The notes below the pieces were generated by a model. The model was not told the DNA's origin and searched no databases. It saw only the letters and a program-made list of their open reading frames with translations. Positions 20,407 through 28,762 of a DNA stretch of 64,000 bases are shown here, in pieces. Origin of the DNA: Candidatus Omnitrophota bacterium (GTDB taxonomy: Bacteria; Omnitrophota; Gorgyraeia; Zapsychrales; JANLHA01); the NCBI GenBank assembly GCA_020632555.1, contig JACKFI010000002.1, positions 66,621 through 130,620 on the forward strand, read 5' to 3'. Within the stretch, counting starts at the first letter, position 1, and each line of letters starts with the position of its first letter. The position numbers and the translations under genes were made by a program.

Positions 20407-22092
20407 CTATTGCTTGGGTACAGTTGCCTGATCTAACTGATCATTGAGATCTTCTAATGTCTCATCGGCCGGATGATCGTAGACAGTTAAAGTAAAGGCC
20501 ATCGGGACAAAACCTTGACTGGCTTGCACTTGTTGATTGCGGCCAATATACACCCGGCGCGGATCCAATCTTTCTTTCAAAATAGCGTCATAAACCACTT
20601 TCGCCCGCTGATCTGCCAGATTATTCAAAGCTTGTTTATCAGGAAAAGCATCTTCGCCCAGCTGCCGGCGCATTTGCGGATTAAGCCGTTCATAATCATA
20701 CCCGCCCTTGACACGAAACTGCCGGGTCAATTTCCACAATTCTCTGAGCCCAAAACGACGCTGATACAATGTTTGCAAAATCCAATATTCCGTCCGGCTG
20801 CTTTCTTGCTTAATCGCCGCGTACTCTTTTAGAAAACTCGCAGACTTGATCGCTTTCCAATCCGCTGTTAAATCATAACTGCCGTTGATCTCCAGCAATA
20901 ATTTCACGCGATCTTTAAGACTTTGTGCCAACACTGTCAACTTTTTGTGTTCCTCCGATGACAACTCTGCTTGACCCGGCAAGAACTTCACAGAGCCTAA
21001 TTCTTCAGTGCCGGCGTCTGAAGCCAAAATCGAACCCAACATTGAAAAAGGCTTGGTCACAAGTTTGGTAAAAAAACCTCGCACGGTTTTCCAAATCAAA
21101 TGCGTGTAATGAAATTCGGGGTTACCAATATCGCCAACAACCGGTAAAGAAATCTTAATGCGACCTTGCGAGTCCTCTAATAAAGCCAGGGCAAAACCAA
21201 CCGGAAAATTCACTGCGTCTTTACTTTCCACTTTTTCCCCAAACATAAAGCGCTGAATCAGAACATTATGCGATGCTTTCAATTGATTATTGACAATTTG
21301 ATACGTCACTGAAAAATCTAATTTTCCATCACGAACATTTCGCCCGACGTATTTTCCCGTATATGGACCAATCGTCGCCAAAGCGTAATGATCCAAACTT
21401 AAGGTTAAATCCAAATCCAAAGGTTGCACACACGGTTGTCCTTTCGCCGACGCTTGCATTATGCCACGCTCATCAATAACAGCTTTTAAAGTCAAGCTCA
21501 TCATCTCTGACGGTTGTGTCGAGAAATTTGTAACTGTCACATCAATATCACTAATCACTGTTTTAAACGGCGGCTTAACAGTATCATCATCAAACCGCAC
21601 CTGTCCCTTTTGTATCATGACCCGGTCAATAGAAAACTGAGGCACAGCGCCGGGCTTAACAGATGAAGCGGTAACAGCAACTTGCTCTGGCGCGGCAGTA
21701 GATGATGCCGGCAAAAAATCCAACAGATCTATACGCCCATTTTCCATAAGCGACACATGCACCTGCGGTTGCTCCAGATCAATCGACTCAACATGATATT
21801 TCTTTTTCAGTAAACTTAGAAAACTCACATCAACACTCAAACGTTCAAACGAAATGATTGGCTGATCAGAAGCATTTATAATTTCTAATCCCCGAACAGT
21901 CATTTGCCACAGAAAGGGATTAAAAACAATCATACGGATTTTAACAGGATGCTTAAAGATCTTTGAACCTTGCCGGCTTAACACCGTCGGCAAAAGCATA
22001 GGAACGGCAACCAAGGCACAAAAAAGATATAAAGCCATGGCGCTCAACAAGATGAAAGCCAAAAAACGAATAGAATTCTTAAGAAATTTCAT
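20407..22092 (-). CDS. DUF748 domain protein (AsmA-like superfamily)
   Basis: N-terminal TM anchor, then the repeated-strand pattern FNPFLWQMTVRGLEIINASDQPIISFERLSVDVSFLSLLKKKYHVESIDLEQPQVHV, typical of DUF748. Confidence 0.65.
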   Translation of the reverse strand: MKFLKNSIRFLAFILLSAMALYLFCALVAVPMLLPTVLSRQGSKIFKHPVKIRMIVFNPFLWQMTVRGLEIINASDQPIISFERLSVDVSFLSLLKKKYHVESIDLEQPQVHVSLMENGRIDLLDFLPASSTAAPEQVAVTASSVKPGAVPQFSIDRVMIQKGQVRFDDDTVKPPFKTVISDIDVTVTNFSTQPSEMMSLTLKAVIDERGIMQASAKGQPCVQPLDLDLTLSLDHYALATIGPYTGKYVGRNVRDGKLDFSVTYQIVNNQLKASHNVLIQRFMFGEKVESKDAVNFPVGFALALLEDSQGRIKISLPVVGDIGNPEFHYTHLIWKTVRGFFTKLVTKPFSMLGSILASDAGTEELGSVKFLPGQAELSSEEHKKLTVLAQSLKDRVKLLLEINGSYDLTADWKAIKSASFLKEYAAIKQESSRTEYWILQTLYQRRFGLRELWKLTRQFRVKGGYDYERLNPQMRRQLGEDAFPDKQALNNLADQRAKVVYDAILKERLDPRRVYIGRNQQVQASQGFVPMAFTLTVYDHPADETLEDLNDQLDQATVPKQ

Positions 22093-22154
22093 GCGGGTAT
22101 TGTAACATCATGCCCTTGCCTTGTCAGCAATGCACCAATGAATTTTGAATCAAT

Positions 22155-24053
22155 TTACTCAACAGACTCTTGTGATGCTTCCAGATATTCCCAACGCTCG
22201 TAAAGCTTTAACAACTCTTCACTAATTTCATCAGCACGCGTTTGTGCCTGAGCTACCTCTTTGGGATCTTTTTGATAAAAAGAAATATCAGCCAACTGCG
22301 CGTAAAGATTTTCTTGCTCGGTCTCAAGCTTTTGAATCTGCGAAGGAAGAAGTTCTAACTCGCGCTGCTCCTTATAAGAAAGCTTGCGCACAATAATCGG
22401 CTTCTCCTGCGCGACAGGCCGGTCGGCTTTCAGCTTCACCGCCGTCTTTTTTTCTTGCGGTTGACGCTGGGCTAGCCAATCATCATAACCACCGGCATAT
22501 TCATAAATATCTCCCGTGCCGTCTAAAACAATGGTTGATGTCACCACATTATTTAAGAACGAACGGTCATGGCTTACCAAAATCAAAGTACCGGAATAGT
22601 CCATCAATAATTCTTCCAACAATTCTTGTGTTTCAATATCCAAATCATTGGTCGGCTCATCCATAACCAAAAAATTTGACGGCATGGTAAAAAGCCGCGC
22701 TAAAAAAATCCGATTGCGTTCCCCGCCGGAGAGCACTTTCACCGGCGTCCGCGCCCGATCCGGCGTAAAGAGAAAGTCCTGCAAATACCCAATCACGTGC
22801 CGCGGCTTACCATTGATCACAATTGTATCACCGCCTTTGGTAATATTTTCAATGACGGTCTTTTCTTCATCCAACTGCTGACGCATTTGATCATAATAAG
22901 CGATTTCCAAATTCGTCCCCAGCCGGATCTTACCTTTATCCGGCGGCAATTGACCCAATAAAATACGCAATAGCGTTGTTTTTCCCGACCCATTGGCGCC
23001 AATGACCCCAATTCTATCCCCGCGCATGATTTGCGTTGAAAAATCCCGTACCAGACATTTGTCGCCGTAGCTAAAGCCAAGATTCGAAGCCTTGATCACC
23101 AAATGCCCCGACGCCTCAGCCTCATGCGAGACAATCCGCGCTTTACCAATCTGCTGACGCTGGGCCATTTTTTCCTGACGCATGCGCTCAAGCGCCTTAA
23201 CACGGCCTTCATTGCGTGTCCGACGAGCTTTGACCCCTTTGCGAATCCAAACTTCTTCTTCAGCCAATTTTTTAGCAAAATCTAACCTTTGGGCCGCTTC
23301 ATTTTCTAAAGCCATTTGCTTGCGCTGTAAAAACGTCGGATAATCACACGCCCAACTGAACAATTTACCGCGATCAAGTTCTAAAATGCGCGTCGATAAA
23401 TTTGACATGAACATCCGGTCATGCGTGACAAAAAATAAGGTGCCGGGATAATTTTTGAGAAAACCTTCGAGCCAATTGATGGTGTCGATATCCAAATGAT
23501 TAGTCGGTTCATCCAAAAGAAGTATATCGGGTTTGAGAATCAATGCTTTGGCCAAAAGCGCACGGCGCTTCTGCCCGCCGGAGAGAGTTTCAAAATCCGC
23601 TTCTCCGTCTAAATGCATTTGCGTCAGAACATTTTCAACTTCGGAATTTAAATCCCAAGCGTTGATTTTGTCTAATTCGGTCTGGACGCGGTCAAGCTCG
23701 CGCATAATTTCATCCGAATGATCGGTATGCATCCGATGCGTAACGTGATGATAATCACTCAAAACTTTCGCGCGCTCTCCCAAACCGGAAAAGACAATAT
23801 CAAAAACTGTTCCTGATAAATTGTTCGGAACTTCCTGCGGCAAGTGTGTCACGCGCACACCTTTTTGCAAAATCATCTCGCCCCCGTCGATCTCAACCTG
23901 ACCAGCCATGACTTTCATCAAGGTCGTCTTGCCGGTTCCATTGCGACCCAGCAAAGCGATGCGCTCGTTGGGTTCAACCTGCAAGCTCAACTGATCAAAC
24001 AACAAAGGCCCGCCAAAAGCGAGTGTGATTTCTTGAAGACTAATGAGTGCCAA
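22155..24053 (-). CDS. uup: ABC-F family ATPase Uup
   Basis: Two ABC cassettes (GRNGTGKTTL / LSGGQKRR / LLLDEPTNHLD and GANGSGKTTL / LSGGERNR / LVMDEPTNDLD). Linker EEVWIRKGVKARRTRNEGRV and a C-terminal coiled coil ending ERWEYLEA. Collinear with E. coli Uup. Confidence 0.9.
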   Translation of the reverse strand: MALISLQEITLAFGGPLLFDQLSLQVEPNERIALLGRNGTGKTTLMKVMAGQVEIDGGEMILQKGVRVTHLPQEVPNNLSGTVFDIVFSGLGERAKVLSDYHHVTHRMHTDHSDEIMRELDRVQTELDKINAWDLNSEVENVLTQMHLDGEADFETLSGGQKRRALLAKALILKPDILLLDEPTNHLDIDTINWLEGFLKNYPGTLFFVTHDRMFMSNLSTRILELDRGKLFSWACDYPTFLQRKQMALENEAAQRLDFAKKLAEEEVWIRKGVKARRTRNEGRVKALERMRQEKMAQRQQIGKARIVSHEAEASGHLVIKASNLGFSYGDKCLVRDFSTQIMRGDRIGVIGANGSGKTTLLRILLGQLPPDKGKIRLGTNLEIAYYDQMRQQLDEEKTVIENITKGGDTIVINGKPRHVIGYLQDFLFTPDRARTPVKVLSGGERNRIFLARLFTMPSNFLVMDEPTNDLDIETQELLEELLMDYSGTLILVSHDRSFLNNVVTSTIVLDGTGDIYEYAGGYDDWLAQRQPQEKKTAVKLKADRPVAQEKPIIVRKLSYKEQRELELLPSQIQKLETEQENLYAQLADISFYQKDPKEVAQAQTRADEISEELLKLYERWEYLEASQESVE

Positions 24054-24056
24054 GGA

Positions 24057-24692
24057 TTATTTCATTTCGGCTGTCGGCGACAAAGAATCCGCAAGCTGGT
24101 CTAATTCTTGACGAGCTTTGGCAATCTTTTGTTTAACAACTTCCGCCTGCCCTTTGGCTTTGTTCATGGATGAAGCCAAAGACTGCACTCCTAAAGAGTT
24201 TAAATCCAATGCTAAAGCTTTGCGAATTTCCAAGACATTAGTTAGTAATGGCTGATACGCTTCACGTAAGTCGTCCAATACCGAGCGGATATTCTCAAAG
24301 GAAGCGATAACTTTTTCTTTGCGTTGTTCTAAAGCCGCCTTGACATCTTCATCTTGAATTGTTTCCAATTCCATTTGCCACTTGGCCATATACTGACGAT
24401 TATTAGCCTGCAAACTGTCCCGTTGAGCTTTGTCTCTTCGGCGGGCCGCCTGAACGCTATTAACGCTCTTTGTATAATTCTTGAAGGCCATCTGCAAATC
24501 ATGGGCTACTGCTAACTCGTCCATCGCGACGATAACTTTTTCAACCTCGGCCTGCGACAAATTCAATTGTTTGGTCATTTCATTGATACCAACAACTGAT
24601 TTTGTGCTCTCAGCAACTCGACCTGTATGCGCGCAAGCGGCAGCAAATCCAACGATCAATGCAGCAAGACCAAACAATTTGAATTTTGACAT
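24057..24692 (-). CDS. Coiled-coil lipoprotein, function unknown
   Basis: Lipobox-like LIVGFAAAC after a short signal sequence. The rest is heptad-rich and helical. Confidence 0.6.
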   Translation of the reverse strand: MSKFKLFGLAALIVGFAAACAHTGRVAESTKSVVGINEMTKQLNLSQAEVEKVIVAMDELAVAHDLQMAFKNYTKSVNSVQAARRRDKAQRDSLQANNRQYMAKWQMELETIQDEDVKAALEQRKEKVIASFENIRSVLDDLREAYQPLLTNVLEIRKALALDLNSLGVQSLASSMNKAKGQAEVVKQKIAKARQELDQLADSLSPTAEMK

Positions 24693-24804
24693 TGTGAAGC
24701 TCCTTCCATCGGTTTAATAATTAACTTCACCAAAAGTGAAGTCCTAATCCAGTCAGTACATTACTATAAAATAGACATTTTTGCTAGCTTACTGAGCACA
24801 AGAT

Positions 24805-24894
24805 TTGTCCGCCAATGCTTTGTGGCGGGCTTGTCCGCCGATGCTTTGTGGCGGGCTTGTCCGCCGATGCTTTGTGGCGGGCTTATCCGTCTAT
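24805..24894. repeat. Tandem 26-bp direct repeat, 3 full copies plus a degenerate partial copy; each unit is a hairpin
   Basis: ttgtccgcc(a/g)atgctttgtggcgggc at 24805-24830, 24831-24856 and 24857-24882, then ttatccgtctat. Each unit contains gtccgcc-N10-ggcgggc. Confidence 0.9.
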
Positions 24895-24945
24895 ACTAAA
24901 GTAACAACATCATGATCAGACATAACAAAAGATTGCCAAATTAGC

Positions 24946-26130
24946 TTAAACTTTAAAATTCAGAGCAAAGTCCTTAAAAGTAATGAACTTCAATTCTGTC
25001 TGATTAAATTGCACAATCGCTGTTTGATTCTCATTGATCACATAAGCTAAAGGGGTCGAAGGATACCGGAGCAAGAACTTTTTTAAACCTTGAGGTATTT
25101 GAGGTTTGCCTAACTGACTTTTGACTTCAATCGGGATCGGGTTTCGATTTTTTAAAAGAATGAAGTCCACCTCATCGCCACCTTTTGTGCGCCAGAATTT
25201 TATCTCAATGTCCGGGCCGACCATATAAAGTAATTTCAGAAAAACGAAAGTCTCTTCTATCGCCCCTTTATCGGGCCTCTGCGACAACATTGAAAAATCC
25301 TTCAAAAGTGCATTACGAATACCAATATCATATAAATATGTCTTGCAAGATTTTTTCAATTCATTCCCAAGATTTCGCGAAAAGCTATAAACGCGATAAT
25401 TCACATACGTATGTTCGAGAATGTCCAAATAGTGACTTATCGTCACAGCACTTAACGCAACCTCTCTGGCTAAAGATTGGATGGATATCACCGAACCCTG
25501 CCGCTCTGCCAAAAGATAAAGTAAATGATTAAATGCCCGGATATTTTCTTCTTTGACCAACGAACGTATATCTTTAAGAATATAACTTGAGATCAATTCA
25601 CTAAGAATTTGTTTTTTACGTTCCGCCAGAACAGTTTGTGTCAACGCGGGCATACCACCAAAACACAAATACTCTTCTAGTTCAGCCAAAACTTCTGTTT
25701 GCGAAATCTCCTCAAAACTCAAAGGATAAATCCGATATAAAAACTTTCGCCCTGCTAAGCTTTCTTTAAGATGTTGATGAATTTGCAGCGAAGATGAACC
25801 TGTGCAAAATATTTTGGTCTTAGCTTTTGAATCATAAATACCCTTAAAAATCTTAGAAATATTCTTAAGATATTGGAATTCATCAATAAAAACTATCTGA
25901 CCCGCATTGCGAATCATCGCGGTGATATCTTTATCACTGCGATTAAATTCTGCTAATACCTGTGGTTGCTCCAGATCAAAAAAAGCACATTTTTTACCTT
26001 GAGCTTGGGCATAATCAAAAAGCGATTTGAGAATGGTCGTTTTGCCCACCTGCCGCGGCCCCAGCAAAATAATGATTTCTGGTTGGTTAATTTCGTTTTG
26101 TAAACTATTGGTAATAAGTCGCTTAATCAT
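24946..26130 (-). CDS. AAA+ ATPase, AAA_14 + DUF4143 family (copy 1)
   Basis: Walker A LLGPRQVGKTT, Walker B VFIDEFQ, and a C-terminal DUF4143-like region. I prefer the ATG at 26130 (MIKRLITNSL...) to the track start at 26169. Confidence 0.8.
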   Translation of the reverse strand: MIKRLITNSLQNEINQPEIIILLGPRQVGKTTILKSLFDYAQAQGKKCAFFDLEQPQVLAEFNRSDKDITAMIRNAGQIVFIDEFQYLKNISKIFKGIYDSKAKTKIFCTGSSSLQIHQHLKESLAGRKFLYRIYPLSFEEISQTEVLAELEEYLCFGGMPALTQTVLAERKKQILSELISSYILKDIRSLVKEENIRAFNHLLYLLAERQGSVISIQSLAREVALSAVTISHYLDILEHTYVNYRVYSFSRNLGNELKKSCKTYLYDIGIRNALLKDFSMLSQRPDKGAIEETFVFLKLLYMVGPDIEIKFWRTKGGDEVDFILLKNRNPIPIEVKSQLGKPQIPQGLKKFLLRYPSTPLAYVINENQTAIVQFNQTELKFITFKDFALNFKV

Positions 26131-26213
26131 ACGTGTGACTAATATAAACCACTTGTTTATGAAAGTCAAATCTCACTATTCCAACATACTGTCAAGAATC
26201 TTGCTGACTTTCA

Positions 26214-26477
26214 CAGAGCAAAGTCCTTAAAAGTAATGAACTTCAATTCTGTCTGATTAAATTGCACAATCGCTGTTTGATTCTCATTGATCACATAAGC
26301 TAAAGAGGTCGAAGGATACCGGAGCAAGAACTTTTTTAAACCTTGAAGTCTTGCAATATTTTCTCAATTCATTCCCAAGGTTTCGCGAAAAGCTATAAAC
26401 ACGATAATTCACATACGTATGTTCGAGAATGTCCAAATAGTGACTTATCGTCACAGCGCTTAACGCAACCTCTCTGG
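26214..26477 (-). pseudogene. Decayed partial duplicate of the DUF4143 ATPase gene 24946..26130
   Basis: 26214-26349 matches 24961-25096 and 26350-26477 matches 25341-25469, each ~97% identical by eye (about 7 mismatches in total). About 244 bp between the two segments and the whole 5' half of the gene are missing. Confidence 0.85.
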
Positions 26478-26535
26478 ATAAAAATTGACAGGAATTAGGG
26501 CTTACAATATCTTGTCAGAAATTATTCTAGAGAGA

Positions 26536-27816
26536 TCATACAAAAGAATTCTGCAAAAGCCATTGATAGACAGGCTTAACCACAATGGATTTACCGTCTT
26601 GCAAAATTTCTTCTTGTGTATCATCCGTTAAAATAAGAGCGGTCTTTAATTGCAACTCGTTCATAGCCTTTAAAAGAGCATTGATCTCTCGATTGCGTGT
26701 CTTTTCATGATCAAGATTATCCGTCACTTGGATAAGGCTTAAATTCTTTTTGCCCGACCTAATCAAAAAATCGACCTCCAGATTATTGGAAGTTTTATAG
26801 TAATAAATTTCCGGAAACTTCCTGCGAAGCTCAAGAAAAACAAGATTTTCTAAAAACTTCCCCTTGTTTCTAGAAAACGCGAACGCCACGGATTGCGCAA
26901 GGCCGTTATCAATACAATAAATTTTCTTAAGCCCAACAAACTGACTTTTAAGAGAATACGAAAACTTTCCGACGAGAAATATCAAATAACTATTTTCAAA
27001 AAAATCCGCGTAACGCTTGATGGTATTCATACTTCCCAAACCCAAAACCTTCTTTAGGTTATTATACGAAAATGTGGTGCCAAGATTGCTTAACAAATAC
27101 AGTCCAAGTTCGCGCAGGGGCTTGACTTGCTTAATTCCGTATCTGGCGACAATATCACGGTAAAGAATATCTTCATAAACACGCTTTAAAAGCAACGGCT
27201 CTTGATATTTCAAATATTCCGGCATTCCCCCATGCTCAAGATATTGGGCAAAGTACTTCTTCAAAGAAGCTCGTTCTAAAGTCAAAGACATAAAGTTTTT
27301 AGATAACTCAAAGCCTTGAAACGCCAAAAATTCGTCAAAGGAAAAAGGGAATAATTCGATATTGATATTTCTACCAGTCAGCTTTGTTCCCAATTCTCTG
27401 CTTAATAAGGAAGCGTTGGATCCAGTCAAGAAAAACTTGCAACCCTTTTCCTGCATCCGACGGACAAAAGTTTCCCACTGAGGGACGTTTTGGACCTCAT
27501 CGAAGAAAAACACTTTCCTCTCACCATACAACTCAAGAAAAACTTCATAAAGACTATTAAAATCTTCTGCAGAAAAATCCACCAAGCGCTCATCTTCAAA
27601 ATTAAAAGAGTATACGCCGGTCTTGTAATGTTTACTAAGAACTTGGCGCAACAATGTTGACTTTCCGCATCGGCGTATTCCTGAAACAACAATGGCATGA
27701 GGTAAAGAGGCATACTTTACGACCGCATCTAAAACATTGCGCGGGATTCCAGAATCAAGACCTTGTCGGTCATGTTCTTGCTCAAGCACAACTTCTTTTA
27801 GAACAGACTTTTGCAT
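26536..27816 (-). CDS. AAA+ ATPase, AAA_14 + DUF4143 family (copy 2, divergent)
   Basis: Walker A VSGIRRCGKSTLL, Walker B FFFDEVQ, 426 aa, same architecture as copies 1 and 3. Confidence 0.8.
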   Translation of the reverse strand: MQKSVLKEVVLEQEHDRQGLDSGIPRNVLDAVVKYASLPHAIVVSGIRRCGKSTLLRQVLSKHYKTGVYSFNFEDERLVDFSAEDFNSLYEVFLELYGERKVFFFDEVQNVPQWETFVRRMQEKGCKFFLTGSNASLLSRELGTKLTGRNINIELFPFSFDEFLAFQGFELSKNFMSLTLERASLKKYFAQYLEHGGMPEYLKYQEPLLLKRVYEDILYRDIVARYGIKQVKPLRELGLYLLSNLGTTFSYNNLKKVLGLGSMNTIKRYADFFENSYLIFLVGKFSYSLKSQFVGLKKIYCIDNGLAQSVAFAFSRNKGKFLENLVFLELRRKFPEIYYYKTSNNLEVDFLIRSGKKNLSLIQVTDNLDHEKTRNREINALLKAMNELQLKTALILTDDTQEEILQDGKSIVVKPVYQWLLQNSFV

Positions 27817-27898
27817 ACAATTCCCTTAAGTTCTCATTTGCAGTGAGAGAATACCATCATTTATACTCACTGTCAATGTGATTAAAAGAATTTTTGAA

Positions 27899-28015
27899 TT
27901 AATTTAAGCTGCTAACCTGCAGTTGTTTTTCCGTTTGTTTAATGCCGATGAAGACTGGTAAATTAACAATAATAAATTGAAAAACTTTTAGCAAATTATC
28001 TAACAAGATATCGTT
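27899..28015 (-). pseudogene. Relic 3' end of a gene related to the giant ORF's C-terminal tail
   Basis: Reverse translation gives ...NLLKVFQFIIVNLPVFIGIKQTEKQLQVSSLN*. The giant ORF ends ...GFSPVILQIVPTNLPLFIGVKEVEKDLQLSQLQ*. 12 of the last 21 residues are identical and the stop is at the same position. The frame is closed upstream by a TAG at 28018..28016. It contains only TTG Leu codons (27994..27992, 28006..28004), which I do not consider credible starts. Confidence 0.6.
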
Positions 28016-28409
28016 CTACAAAATCACGCGGCTTTAATACTTGAATATCCTCGTACCCAGAGACCCTAAGAAGATGCTTATCACCACTAATAATAATCTT
28101 AACCCCGACTGTCATTGCACAAGCAATAAACATATCGTCATCAGCATCTTCACAAACAGACTCAACAAGACTTTTCGATTGATATATTTCAGAATTGACA
28201 AGAACTAAATCCATGACATCGGTTGCATCAACAGCCGGATATTTATTTCTTAGGTCATTAAAAGTACCGCTATATTCTTCCAAGATTTGCGGCGAAACTA
28301 CAAGTGTCAACTTACCCGTTTTCCATCCCTGAAGAATTTGCCTTGGAGGCCCGTAAGGAAAGAATACGCCGGATATAAAAACATTTGTATCTAAAATAAT
28401 TCTCTTTAT
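27996..28409 (-). CDS. PIN-domain toxin (PIN_3-like); start codon unresolved
   Basis: The track ORF starts at TTG 28310. The same frame is open upstream to 28433 and encodes KRIILDTNVFISGVFFPYGPPRQILQGWKTGK, the conserved PIN N-terminus including the catalytic Asp. No ATG, GTG or TTG lies in that extension. C-terminal ISGDKHLL is typical of PIN_3. Confidence 0.65.
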   Translation of the reverse strand: MKRIILDTNVFISGVFFPYGPPRQILQGWKTGKLTLVVSPQILEEYSGTFNDLRNKYPAVDATDVMDLVLVNSEIYQSKSLVESVCEDADDDMFIACAMTVGVKIIISGDKHLLRVSGYEDIQVLKPRDFVERYLVR

Positions 28410-28675
28410 TTTTTGTTTGTACTGCGATAACGCTTAATTGAGGCACTGACATCCGCGGCCTTTATTCCTGATTCTTGAACCGATTGCGAAACTTTTTCTA
28501 ATATCTGGCCAAAATCTTCCATCGAAGGAGCAGCAATCGTTTTCAAAATAATGGAATCCCCTTCGCCCATAATAATAAACTGTGTCCCTTTTTTAAGTCC
28601 CAAACGATTGCGAATATCTTCCGGGATGACAATCTGTCCTTTAGAAGTTAAGCGTGTTGTTGAAAATGTAACCAT
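28406..28675 (-). CDS. AbrB/SpoVT-type antitoxin
   Basis: TRLTSKGQIVIPEDIRNRLGLKKGTQFIIMGEGDSIILK is a SpoVT-AbrB looped-hinge-helix domain. SD AGGAGG lies 8 nt upstream of the ATG. Its stop abuts or overlaps the PIN frame. Confidence 0.85.
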   Translation of the reverse strand: MVTFSTTRLTSKGQIVIPEDIRNRLGLKKGTQFIIMGEGDSIILKTIAAPSMEDFGQILEKVSQSVQESGIKAADVSASIKRYRSTNKK

Positions 28676-28704
28676 GGGGTAGCCTCCTCTTACGTTAATC
28701 TAAC

Positions 28705-28723
28705 TAGTAAGATTATCTTACTA
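28705..28723. promoter_or_regulatory. Perfect palindrome upstream of the antitoxin gene; candidate TA operator
   Basis: tagtaagat-t-atcttacta (9-bp arms), 30-48 nt upstream of the antitoxin ATG. Confidence 0.45.
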
Positions 28724-28762
28724 ATAAGACTATAGCACGCGGGAAATTTCAAAACAAGGACC

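Noticed and set aside
24805-24894. Possible CRISPR array (short direct repeats)
   Set aside because: The units are directly abutting with no spacers. There are only ~3.5 copies of 26 bp and no cas genes in the window. This is a tandem repeat, not a CRISPR array.
26485-26508. TTGACA ... TACAAT promoter-like pair
   Set aside because: The spacer is only 12 nt, and it points into the 3' end of a convergent minus-strand gene. It is not a credible sigma70 promoter.
24700-28760. Calling the accessory patch a mobile element or genomic island
   Set aside because: I recognised no integrase, transposase, tRNA attachment site or flanking direct repeats. I therefore describe it as a rearrangement-prone accessory region only.
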